The notes beneath the pieces are model-generated. The model had not been told where the DNA came from. It worked only from the letters and a program-made list of their open reading frames with translations, and ran no database searches. From the NCBI RefSeq assembly GCF_009834535.1, contig NC_045696.1:75208001-75272000 (forward strand): 64,000 nt of DNA. The letters run 5' to 3'. Positions within the stretch are counted from its first letter, which is position 1, and each line of letters opens with the position of its first letter. This stretch comes from Camelus ferus. Its lineage: Eukaryota. Below are positions 39,644 through 50,687 of this stretch, piece by piece. The position numbers were made by a program, and so were the translations under genes.

Positions 39644-39795
39644 CAGTGATTCTCAATGTGCATATGGTTATCTAGGGATCTTGTGACCATGCAGATTCTG
39701 ATTCAAGGAGTTTGGGGTGGGGCCCAAGGGTCTGCATTTCTAACAAGCTCTCGATGATCCTGATATTGCTGGTCTGTAGGAAACACTAAGCAGCT
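39644..39795. mobile_element. MER5A-like DNA transposon
   Basis: cagtgattctcaa...atgcagattctgattca...ggggtggggcccaag...tctgcatttctaacaagctc. Confidence 0.8.
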
Positions 39796-42069
39796 AGGCT
39801 CAGAGCAGGTGCTCAGAGTCAGTAGTTGGTTATTGGCCCCCTCCCCTTTTTTTTCTGTTTAGCCTTGAGAAAGTCACTTATCTTTTCTAGGGTTTAGTTG
39901 TTTTTAATCTGTAACATGGAAAGTTTGAAATTGATAACTTCTGAGATCCCTCTCCAAAATTTTGCTCCAAAATTTTGTGACTCATTAAATTGAAGAATGT
40001 ATTTTGGAAGTAGGTCCAAGAATGGATCTCCTTCTATAACCCTTGGGTCAGCATCAGAGAAAGAAGGAAAAAGAGGCCATGGGAGGTGGTAGGGGTTTGA
40101 TAACCAGTAGAGATGCAGGAAGTCATACTTCTACCCTTGGTCTCCTGGGATGAATGGCAGGAATGAAGGGATACACCTGAATGGATACCCTAGACAGTTT
40201 CAGAAATATGTAGAAGTTGAATCTGCTAGCTCTTTAAAAGACTTAGATCTGGAATATTTAAAGTTATTTAGGTTCCCTTTTGAAAATCTTTAAAACAGAT
40301 AAAATCGAGTAGGGATTCAATTTGTTATTAAAACTAGTCAGTCTTCAGGAAATAAAAATGATTTTAATGTAACCTGAATGAACTACTTCATAAAGGATTG
40401 GCTTAAACTTTCAGGAAGCTATTTCAACATTGACTCTGATTGGAATCTTCTGATCACTATGGTCACTCTTCAAGGGTTGAGTTGGAGCAAAGAAAAGTGA
40501 CACACTTTAAGTTCAGGTAAAGCAATAAATTACTGAGCTCCCATCTTGTTACTGGTTAATTAGCCAGCATTTAATAGACACACTGTCCATACAATAAATG
40601 CTTTGAAATCATTCAAAGTGAGAGAGCTGCTGTGATATTAATATACTTAGGCTACTTTCCAGACTCATTATTCCACCATCATACCCTTGCTCTGTTGTTT
40701 GAAGATGATACGGAAAGGGAGAGATGAAAGATGTATTTATTCTAATTAACTGTCCAACGTTTGTTGAAAGGACTTAATGACTCCTCAGCTTATTCTAAGA
40801 GCGGATTTGGTGTTTCTCCACCCCAGTTTTCTTTCACAAACTGTTATTTAAAACCTGTTAAGTTCGTTGTTAATTAAAATGAAAGGAGTAGCTGCTTTAA
40901 AGACAACAGTATAAAGGTTCTATGGAGATTGAAAAAAAGTTTCAGGCTTCAAAGAAACACGTTGAATATGTTAATGGTACCTGGTTGGGTGGTTCTCTTA
41001 GCTCAAATGCAACCCTCTTGAACTTCTTGAGTAATTACCTCAATTCTGTTTATTTTATAAGACAAGAAACATCTCATTTGAATTGTGATTAGGAAAGTGA
41101 TATAGGGACAAAAAAGCACTTTATCAAACTTTGTAATTTGGAATCCTAGTACGAAAAAGAGATCTGTGTTAGTGAATGCACAGGGCTGAGGGGGAGGAAA
41201 CCTGGATCTAATTCCATCACTAATGACCTAGGAACTGGGGTGAACCTGGCTGAGCCATGACTATATGATTGCAGATGAGTATGGTCTGAAAACTAGATGC
41301 CCTAAAAGATATAATCTCAGCCTTGAATGAAAGTAGGAGTCAGGGAGATTGTAACATTTTTTTGTCTCAAGAACTTATAAAGGGCTCCTTTCCATTTCTG
41401 AAGCACACACCTCCGTAGGTTTCTACTTCCCTGACTCAGTTCATGGTTTCCCTCTGCTCCCTTCCCTGCTGGGTAAATGAGTTTCTCTGTTTTCAGGGCC
41501 ATCTCAGGTGCCATCTCTTCTGTGAAGCCTTCTCTGACCAACACAAACAGCTTCCTGAGCTCTGTTCCCATTTCTTGGTACTCACCTCTCACAAAGCAAG
41601 GCATAGTTTATCCTGCTTGTATGCAAATCTGCCCCCCCTGCTAGGCCATGGGCATTCCAGGGCAGGGCTGTGTCTTTTGCACCTTTATTGCACAATGCAG
41701 GACACACAGTGACATACTGGTTGTGTTTGCTGTCTTGACCATCTAAATATCTTTTGGTGGAAAGCGTGACTGAAACAGCACGTAAAACATTGACCAATTT
41801 AAACTAGTTTTGCTTTCTTAAAACAGGCTGTTGATTAATCAAACCTGGAGTTATTTTACAGAGACAGCACTGTGCATGTACAAGGCAGAAACCCATGTCT
41901 CTTGGATGATCCTGGACCAAGACTCTTTAGTCTGCGGAACTCAAAGAATAGAGACGTTGCCATTGGAGCCCTTTATGAAGTGAGAAGTCTTTCAATAAGG
42001 AAAATCTGGCTTCCAGGAACATCAGTAGTTTATATGGACTGATTCGAGGCTAGCCAGTCAGCTTCCAAG

Positions 42070-42251
42070 TTTGAAATTCCTGTAGCCCTTTAAATTTCAC
42101 TCCATCTCTGGACCTGGGAGACAGATTTGAGAGCCTTGCCTCGTGTTTTCTCGCTGATCAACCTCACAATAAAGCTCTTTCTTTTCTCAAAAGCTGGTGC
42201 TATTGTATTGGCTTCTGTGCAGTTTGGGCAGCAAGCCCTTGCTTGGTAACA
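42070..42251 (+). mobile_element. Partial ERV LTR (R/U5 end)
   Basis: gagacagatttgaga...caataaagctctttcttttctcaaaagc...tattggctt...ttggtaaca; poly-A signal and a CA terminus. Confidence 0.55.
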
Positions 42252-42924
42252 AGACCACGGGTACTGATTCTGGCCTCCTTTGCTATGGCTCAAGACTGCT
42301 GGGTGCAGCCACTGTCTTCTTCCAGATTGTTCCTTATTAGCTCGGGATATGGTTCCTTCTTCCCACTCCCCACATCCTCTCTTTTCTTCCTTTGATTGTC
42401 CTGCTCCCTCTGTTCCTTTCATTGACTTGGACAGAAAGTTTCTACTGCTTGCTAAATTATCACTCAGGAAGTTTTCTGTAGAAAGCCAGCATGATCTAAT
42501 GAAAATGTGAGCAGGAGAGTCCAATGGGGTGTGCTCGTTTGCCTCAGCTATGTAGGTAGGAATAGTTTTATAGTTTCCTCAACTATAAATATGGGATTAA
42601 TACTACTTGCCTTTCTGGGTTGCTTGGAAGATTAATGAGTTAATAGATGCAAAAGTACCTAAAGTAAATCAAGGCACATACTAAACACTAGTTTACTTCT
42701 TTTCCCCTCTGTTAATTTTAAAAGTGGATGAATTGGATTTTATCTTTCTGTTAAAATATCCAATTAAGTTGCTTTGTATTTGTACATTGAGACTATTGAT
42801 TTTTTTTTTCCCTTATGGGTCAGTGGCAGACGAAAAACAGTTTTCTGAGATATTGAGATAATGAAATCTGAAGTACTTCCTCATTCACCTTGATACCCAA
42901 ACTGAGCAAGAGGAGCATAAATGT

Positions 42925-43100
42925 GGTACCCCTGAATATGCGCTGTACATTAGAATCATTGGACAGAATTTTAAAAAATCTTGGTGCCTAGATCTCAAGC
43001 CAGACCAGTGAGAATCTCTCGGGGTGGGTCCCTGGCGTCAGAATTTTTAAAAAAGCTTCCCAGGTGATTCTGATGTGAAGATAACATGGGATGCCCTGCT
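42925..43100. mobile_element. MER5-like DNA transposon
   Basis: cattagaatca...gaatctctcggggtgggtcc...aagcttcccaggtgattctgatgtg. Confidence 0.7.
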
Positions 43101-45599
43101 ACACACTCTCAGGCTCTGGTTTCATTTGAGTTCTTATGGAGACTCCCTCTGCTTCTAGAAGCTTCAGCTGAAGACTAACGGTTCTATGAGTGCCTCTCCG
43201 TGCAGTGGCTTCTCATTTCCTATCAGTGCCGAGGCCTCGAAGTGATAGCTGTGAGGACAAGTGGCATATGAAGCAGGGAAAGAGCAAAGTAGATGCAGTT
43301 TTCTAGTGTCAGTGGCCTTGAGCTATGCATATGGGATACTCTGAATGCACTCTGCTTTATCAAACAGCAAGCCGGAGCCAGTGGAACTATTTAACACTTT
43401 ATTACATGTCTAATCTTGTGTAAAATTGTAACACTAATGACATCACAGCAGCAACTTAAAAGGTCACTCTAAGTACAGAAATTCAGGAAATCTTCTAATG
43501 TGTGAGACTTTGTCTTTTGCAGACAGCAAATTATATGTTCTCCATAGGGATTGAATTGTTTTGACTCCATGGCCTTTGGAGGGAGAAACCAAATGTATGG
43601 TGATAATTTTAGACCTGGTGATTTAATTTAGAAAACACTGGTACTTCTTATTAACAGAAGTTTTAAATAACTTTGGGATGTTTTCTTCCAAAATGAACTA
43701 CTACACCTTGTCTTAATTAATTCATTTGGGTGTCGGTCTGACAATATTTATAAGTGCCTTCAATGTGCCAGGTGGTCTACCGGTGCTGCAGGCACCAAGC
43801 CACCCATTTCTGCTTCTGAGATAGTTCATGGAGAAGTCAGAATAACAGATTGACATTTGCACTATACCGGAACTGCTCTTTCTAAGAGTGCTATGATTCC
43901 CAGTGAGTATGCCCAATAGCTTCTTATCTTTCCACACCTTATTTAGCCTCTCAGCTTGCTGAAATTGATATTTTTGGTTATTTCCTTCTTCTAAAAATGT
44001 TTTACAATGCTGACTTACAGGGCAATGCTCTCTTGGTTCTCTCCCTCACTCTCTAGCTGCTTATTCCATTTATTTGCTGGATTCCTGTTTCTCTATCCAT
44101 CCATTAAATGTTATCATTTGGGGCACTAGGACGTACTAGTGAATAGTCTCTTGACAATGCGTCATTAGAGGAATGTAAAGACCTTTCTCCCCTATTTGTT
44201 GCCTGGAAGACAGAGTGAATAGTTCCATTTGCTCTCCACTTGGAGAGGTAAAGAAGTGTACCACTGAACACCGTAGCCTCTTTGAGAAGAATCAAATAAG
44301 AAAGAATGATTATTTGAATTTTTATCGCAGGCTGCTTTTCAGTAGCTGGATTGATCACATATGGACGCCTCTGGCTGAAGATGGGTGTGGGAGTCACTTA
44401 TGACTTCTGCCACACATGTGGGCCAACTATTGTCCATGTAATCATGTGTTTGACTTCAGATTCAGGAGGACACAGTTCAACTTAAATAATGTAGCTGTCC
44501 TTTAGCCTGCTAGTGACTTGGCTCATTGAGTTCAGCAATTCAGAGACTCTGGGCTTCTAATCTTCACTCTGTCACTGAGTAATTGAAGAACTGCAGGCAA
44601 AACACTCCTTCCCCTGCCCTCCCCACCCTCCGCGTTGCCACCTATGAAAAAGATGACCGTGGATCTGAACTTTATTCTTTTAGTTAATTCAGCATTCATT
44701 TCTTCATTCAACAAATATTTATTAAAGGTGTAATTTATGGCAGGCACTGAGCCTGAGTATTGGGAAGAGATTGATGAATACAACCAGTATGACCCTTCTT
44801 TTATGGAGCTTATGGTCTTTCTAGACAAGGAGACAGACTGATCAGACATAGTGTGTATGCAATAAGTTTTGCATGTCATCTACAGTCATAAGAGCTATCA
44901 GAAATGATGATCTCAGGGCTTAGCTGAAAAAATTTCAAAACTAGTTTCAGGTTGAAATCCCTCCATAATTACCATAGCTCTACAATGAAGTAGTTACATA
45001 ACCTAAATACACTGTTAAATTTCCCTGAGTCTCATTTTCTTCATCAAGAAAATTGAAGTAATAACAGATACCATAAAGAATTGCCATGCAGATGATTTGA
45101 AATAATGTATGGTATTGAGTAGGTATTCAGCAAATGCTACTGTTTTCCATTTGGAGGAAATAGGAGAAAAAAAATTTTTTTCCAGATTGGCCATACCAAT
45201 ACATCAAACCCTTCTGTTTAATTTTTTTTTTAATTCTATGCAGAAATGGAAAACACATTTCTACACGGTCTTAATTAGTCCACTATTCCATAATTCATTT
45301 CTTACTGAGCTTTTCAAGTGGATAATCACATTTGATGTTCAGTTTGATTCCCTCCATGCTACATATTTAAAACCAGTTTAATTGTTAAGCATTCACTCTA
45401 CTGGGCATCACACATACACAGCTGGTGTGAGAAAACCTGCTCATCACTTACATGTGCTTTTTAGATTGGTACAAATGACAGATTTATTCTGAAACCATCC
45501 ATCTCTTCTTGGTGAATATGGTTTAACTCTTGCTTTTATTTCAATTGAAAATCAAGGGAGGTAAATTATAACAAGAGCTTTTAATAGAACTAGAAATGA

Positions 45600-45835
45600 C
45601 AATAATAAACATAAAGGTATGAGGTACTTCTCTAGATCTGTATAAATAATGCATTTATATGCATTGCTTCATTTGATTCTGACAGTAATCCTTATGAGAT
45701 CTCTCTCTATTTACCAGACGAGGGAACAGATGTTCAAAAAAGGAGGTAAATTGTCTAAGGTCACAAAACTATTAAGTGTGAAGTCAGAATTTCAACCCAC
45801 GCCTGTCTGACTCCGAAACCCATGTTCTCTCAACC
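45600..45835 (-). mobile_element. MIR SINE
   Basis: cttcatttgattctgacagtaatcc...aaattgtctaaggtcaca...gaatttcaacccacgcctgtctgactcc. Confidence 0.7.
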
Positions 45836-46034
45836 TGAACATTTTTGCCAAGCAAACCAAGTGCCACAATCCATATCAAATGCATTAAGGGTGCTAAGTG
45901 TTGGTGGCAACATTCACTCATTTCTACTTTGAGTACCACATTCTGCCTCATATCAAACTTAGGGAGGGAAAATGAGAGTTGGTGGAAGAATATGGCAGGA
46001 GTGAGAAAAGGGCAAGAAAGTAAAGCATAATGAT

Positions 46035-46215
46035 AAGAGCATGGATGGGTGGGTCCCAAGTCAGGCTTTGTTCCTTGTTATCTATGTGGTCCTGGGTAAG
46101 TTTCTAATATCTCTTTCACCTCTGTTTTCTCTTCTGCAAAATGAGGATGATAATCATAGTGTATTTCTCATAAAGTTTTTGTGAAGACTGAGTTAATATA
46201 TGTGGTGTGCTTTGT
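46035..46215 (+). mobile_element. MIR SINE
   Basis: tgtggtcctgggtaagtttc...cctctgttttctcttctgcaaaatgaggatgataat. Confidence 0.7.
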
Positions 46216-48188
46216 GAAACTAGAATGTAAGAATGTCATATTGTATCAGTACACTATATATATAACATGAATATATGCAAATTAATATACATATCTATGT
46301 TAATATATGGCTACATATGACATCATATAATAATATGTGTGAGTTAATATATGAAAAGTACAACATGGTAGGAATTAAGTATATTATTACCTCTTGGGAA
46401 TGGGTTAAATATACATTAGATTTAGAAGATATTGGAATCTGTATAAAGGTTCACACCATTAAATATATTCAATAGACATTCATAAATGTGGTCTTTAGTT
46501 TTTAATGGAGAGAAGAGTGGAGGAAAGAGTGAGCCATTGAAGCAGCACTGCCATTAACTAGTCTCTTAACTGAGGCCCTTTGCCTCCTGGCCCCCTACTC
46601 CTCAGATGTAATGTGAGGAAATTGAAAGACATGACCCTCAGTTTCCTTTCATCTGAAAAATTTTATTTTATTCTGCTTTGGAAAATTGCAATCAAGGTCT
46701 GTTCCTATGACTTACTTGACTTCTAATTTGTCTCTGGTTAGATATAATTTCTCTCTATTTTGCATTCTTTTGATTCCTTAAATGCAGTATTCAGTAATGC
46801 TCATGGGAAATCTAACAAAGTAGAGGGAGGAGAGAGTAGGCACCAAATGGAAAGGTGAAGTGAAAGCCTTCCAACGATCTTTGAAAAGGGTTTTTATGGA
46901 TTCAGGCAATGCTCTAGAGCTGGACATCTTGGGCAGAAACCTTGTTTTTGTTGTCAGGATTCCAACAGTCTCTTCCACAGGATTTCTTCCACTCTCCATG
47001 CTGCCTCCTCATGTAGCCCCTTCTTTAACCCACTGGTTAAACCACTGTTCTATCCCTAGGGGAGCTGTGACGATGGGAATTTTAGGTGCTATGACAGGTT
47101 GGTGAGGGAGATATTTGGGGAAGCAAGAAAATATGGTTCATAGTTCCTACTCTGTCCAGCTGTGGTGGTCGTTGGGTGAACTATAATCAAATTTGTCTTT
47201 CCCAGTAGGTGCTCTGAACTGACTACTGATAATATATGTAAAATTCTACTCCTGGAGGAAACCAGCATCCTCAACTCAGTGTTCTCAACATCAAATCGAG
47301 TAACCCAGCCCTTCCTTTTTGCCATTGGAGCAAAGATCCCTGTTTTATGTTCATGTCTTTCATATGCAACAGTGGTGAGAAAACATGAACTCTGGAAGTA
47401 GAAAAAACTGAGTTCAATTTCTGGCCTTTTTTCTATCAATTTATTGTGAGGATTAATTAAAATAATGAATCTGACATTATTAGCAACTATTTATCTATAT
47501 ATATATATATAGCTATTTATTCACGTTCATAAATAAATGTTTATTTACTTATGTATCCTAATATATCTAGTATGCCAAATTAAGACCATTATTCTGACTG
47601 AAGGGATTTGAGACAGAATTCAGAGTAGTCACTGAATATTGGCATTTTAAAGCTGGAAGAGCTATCAGGTATTCTAGGCCATATGCCAGTATTGAGACTT
47701 GGTGTATTTTGATTTTCTTAGTTCACACAGTTAAATATATTCAATAGACATTTATAAATGTGGTCTTTAATTTTTTTTAAGGCTGTGGGTAAAAGGCAAA
47801 TGTCTGTAATTGTAAAAGTAGGTTTTCACAATGGAAAAGGCACTAAGCAGGCAAAGGAAAAGATATTTTAAATTGTAAATCCTGTTTTAACCTAGTGGGA
47901 AGGGCCTGTTCTTGAAGATAAAAGAAAAAAAAAAACCTCAGCAATAGGAGTTGTAATTCTTTTTTGATGGATACAGGTTGAAGAAAAACCTATTCAAACT
48001 GCTTGGATTCTATAGTGAAAGACTCTTGAGAAATATTAAACTGGATATTTAGTCATCTTTTAAACCTAAATTTTCACAGTTGTCTGGGAAGTGCCTGATG
48101 TGATGATTCAATTACTGAGGAAGCTCCATAAATAATATAAATACCTTGGAAGGGTTTGATTAAAGAGCTCAAATCTACATTTTGTAGC

Positions 48189-48280
48189 TTTTTTTTTTTT
48201 TAATAATTTAATAGACTTTATTCTTTTAGAGCAGTTTCAGGTTCACAACAGAATTGAGCTGTAGATACAGCGTTCACACA
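48189..48280 (-). mobile_element. Third short copy of the L1MC-like 3' terminus (poly-A end)
   Basis: poly-T then aatagactttattcttttagagcagtttcaggttcacaacagaattgagc...gttcacaca, repeating ~48500-48575. Confidence 0.9.
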
Positions 48281-48381
48281 GGAGAGGACCGGGCCATTCT
48301 CCTGGGACTGGCCATGATGGTGTGCTCCATCATGATGTACTTCCTGCTGGGAATCACACTCCTGCGCTCATACATGCAGAG
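48279..48381 (+). pseudogene. Inverted partial copy of the KCNMB2 TM1 exon (GEDRAILLGLAMMVCSIMMYFLLGITLLRSYMQ) with its splice donor
   Basis: Reverse complement of 22486-22588 with 1 mismatch in 103 nt (CTG vs CTA, synonymous). Followed by GTAATGCCACTGG intron sequence. Confidence 0.95.
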
Positions 48382-49192
48382 GTAATGCCACTGGGTGGTT
48401 GGGACACCGTCTTTTGTCTCCCTTTTCCCTTCTTCCCAGCAACTTATCAATCCTGAAGTCCTCTTCTTCTTCTTCTTCGTTGTCTTCTTTTTTTTTTTTT
48501 TTTAATAGAACTTTATTCTTTTAGAGCAGTTTCAGGTTCACAACAGAATTGAGCAGAAAATACAGAGTTCACACATAGCCCTCCCCATCCACACATTTTT
48601 CTCCCCTACCCTGAATATCCCTCATCAGTGTGGCATATTTGGTACAATCGATGAATCAACATGGGCACATTATTATCAACTGAAGTCTATAGTTTACATT
48701 AGGGTTCACTACTGATATTGTACATTCTATGGGCTTTGAGAAATGCGTAATGACATGTAGCCACCACTATAGTATCATACAGAATAATTTCATTGCCCTA
48801 AAACTTCCTTGTGCTCCATCTATTCATTCCTCCCTCCTTCCCTCTCCCCAAACCCCTGGAAACCATGATCTTTTTACTGTTTCTGTAGCTGTGCCTTTTC
48901 CAGAATGTCATTTGTTTAGAATTGTACAGTTTGTAGCCTTTTCAGACTGGCTTCTTTCATTTAGTAATCCGTCTTTTAAGTTTCTTCAATGTCTTTCATG
49001 GCTTGATAGATCTTTTTTTTTTACTGCACATATAATTTTAAATTTACATATATGTACTGTTCATCATTTCTAAGAATGTTTAGAGCTTAGCTTCTTAAAC
49101 TTACATAGTTATCAAAGGAATAGAGCCAACCACACAATAAGGATTAACTCAAAAATATACATACACCCTGCTATTAATAGCAACATTATTTA
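48279..49192 (+). repeat. Inverted segmental duplicate of 21697-22588
   Basis: Colinear match through exon, intron, (CTT)n/poly-T, L1MC-like 3' end, ~120 bp unique sequence and ~50 bp of L1 ORF2 end. ORFs 21791..22159(-) and 48729..49073(+) are near-identical. About 95% identity by eye. Confidence 0.95.
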
Positions 49193-50529
49193 AGATCTTG
49201 GGTTCTACATTCAGGACTAAGAATCCGGGAGACTAACCAAGAAGATAAGTGACTGACAGAATTTGAAATCCTATTTATTCTTTAACCCACACATCTATCC
49301 CTAAATTGGAAAGAGGCAACATAGATCAAGCAGAAGGGGTTTCTTTTACCTCTCACTTTCATTCCTTGCTCTGTGACATGGGATGAGTTAATTAACCTCT
49401 CTGAATCTCAATTTCCTTATCTGTAAAAAATGAAGGTTGTAATATCTATCTCCAACAATTGAAGGAGGGAGAAACTGATAGCCAAAGAAGAGAAAAAATG
49501 TTAGGAAGACTTTCTGAAAAGGACAGTTGAATAGGCTCACTGATGTGAGCATCGTATGTGGGGGTTGGGTGAGAGATTGGTGCTTCCTGAAGCAGAGGTC
49601 CATGTTTATATAGCAGTGGTGGGTGTAGAGCTGTGAAAAGCAAGTTTGGGAAGAGTTGATAATTGATGCAGTGGGATTCATCATTGCACTTTCCTTTTGT
49701 TTCTTAAATATTAATATAAGATGAGTCTCTCTTTTAAAGCAGTGATTCTTAATCCTTTCCCCTTCATGATGCATATTTTCTTGCACTCCACTCCATGGGC
49801 ATTATCAAGGCCAGGCTGCAGAATAGGCTCCCAGTTACGCTATCCTATTCATAATCAGTCACAGCACACTGTGTCTTGTCATCCCAGCTGAAAACTAATG
49901 ATTAAATTATTACATTCTTGTGGGGGCGGTGGTAAGGAAGAGTCCAGTGACAGGTACCAGGAGCTGAGTTCGAATGCTAGAGCTATAGGGGGTGACATCC
50001 TAACTGGCTAGTCCAGAGCCAGCAGACAAATCCAGGTCAAAGAGTGAAGTGCAAGTGCAAAGTCTAACATCAAGGTTCAATTCAGATTCAAAGACTGGCC
50101 TCAGTGGGTTCCCAGGGGAGAAAGGTGGTTCAGGACCATGGAGAACAAGATGCTGGCCTCCCCTACTCTCAGGATTTGAGAGGATTTAAGACTTGCTTGG
50201 CTCTAGGATGCAAGGAGTAAGCCTGGAGCAAATAAGGAGAGGGTCGTGGCACAACTGAGACAGACTTGGAAGCAAGTGCCTTCCATCTTTATTGGTCACT
50301 GTGTGATTTTTTGCTTTCCTCCTTATTGACCGTGTGGCTTTGAGTTGGCAATTAAGCGTACCTTAGCCTGTTTCTTTATTTTTAAAACGAAATTATTATT
50401 GGCATATAGAAGGAACTCAACCAAGTAGCTCTTCTTAATGGATTTACCTCAAAGCTTCAAGTTGTGTCAAGGTCAAAAGATGACCCATTTATTTCTTTCT
50501 GAACTTTCTCATCTTACTTCAACTGAAAC

Positions 50530-50687
50530 ATAAGATCAAAATAAAGCTCTCCTCACACTCTCTTTTACCATATTGCTTTCAAAATAAAGCTCTCCTCACA
50601 ATCTCTTTTGCCATATTGCCATATTGCTTTCATATAAGATCAAAATAAAGCTCTCCTCACACACTCTCTTTTGCCATATTGCTTTCA
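50530..50687. repeat. Imperfect tandem triplication of a ~45-55 bp unit
   Basis: caaaataaagctctcctcaca...ctcttttrccatattgc occurs three times in succession. Confidence 0.9.

Noticed and set aside
48279..48381. Exon copy more conserved than adjacent intron (1/103 vs 6/75), suggesting selection on the copy
   Set aside because: Counts are small and the source exon is under coding constraint anyway, so selection cannot be claimed.
48279..48510. Processed pseudogene interpretation of the exon copy
   Set aside because: It retains intron sequence, the T tract is copied from the source locus, and no flanking TSD was found.
50530..50687. CRISPR-like repeated unit
   Set aside because: Mammalian DNA, no unique spacers, no cas genes; an ordinary tandem duplication.
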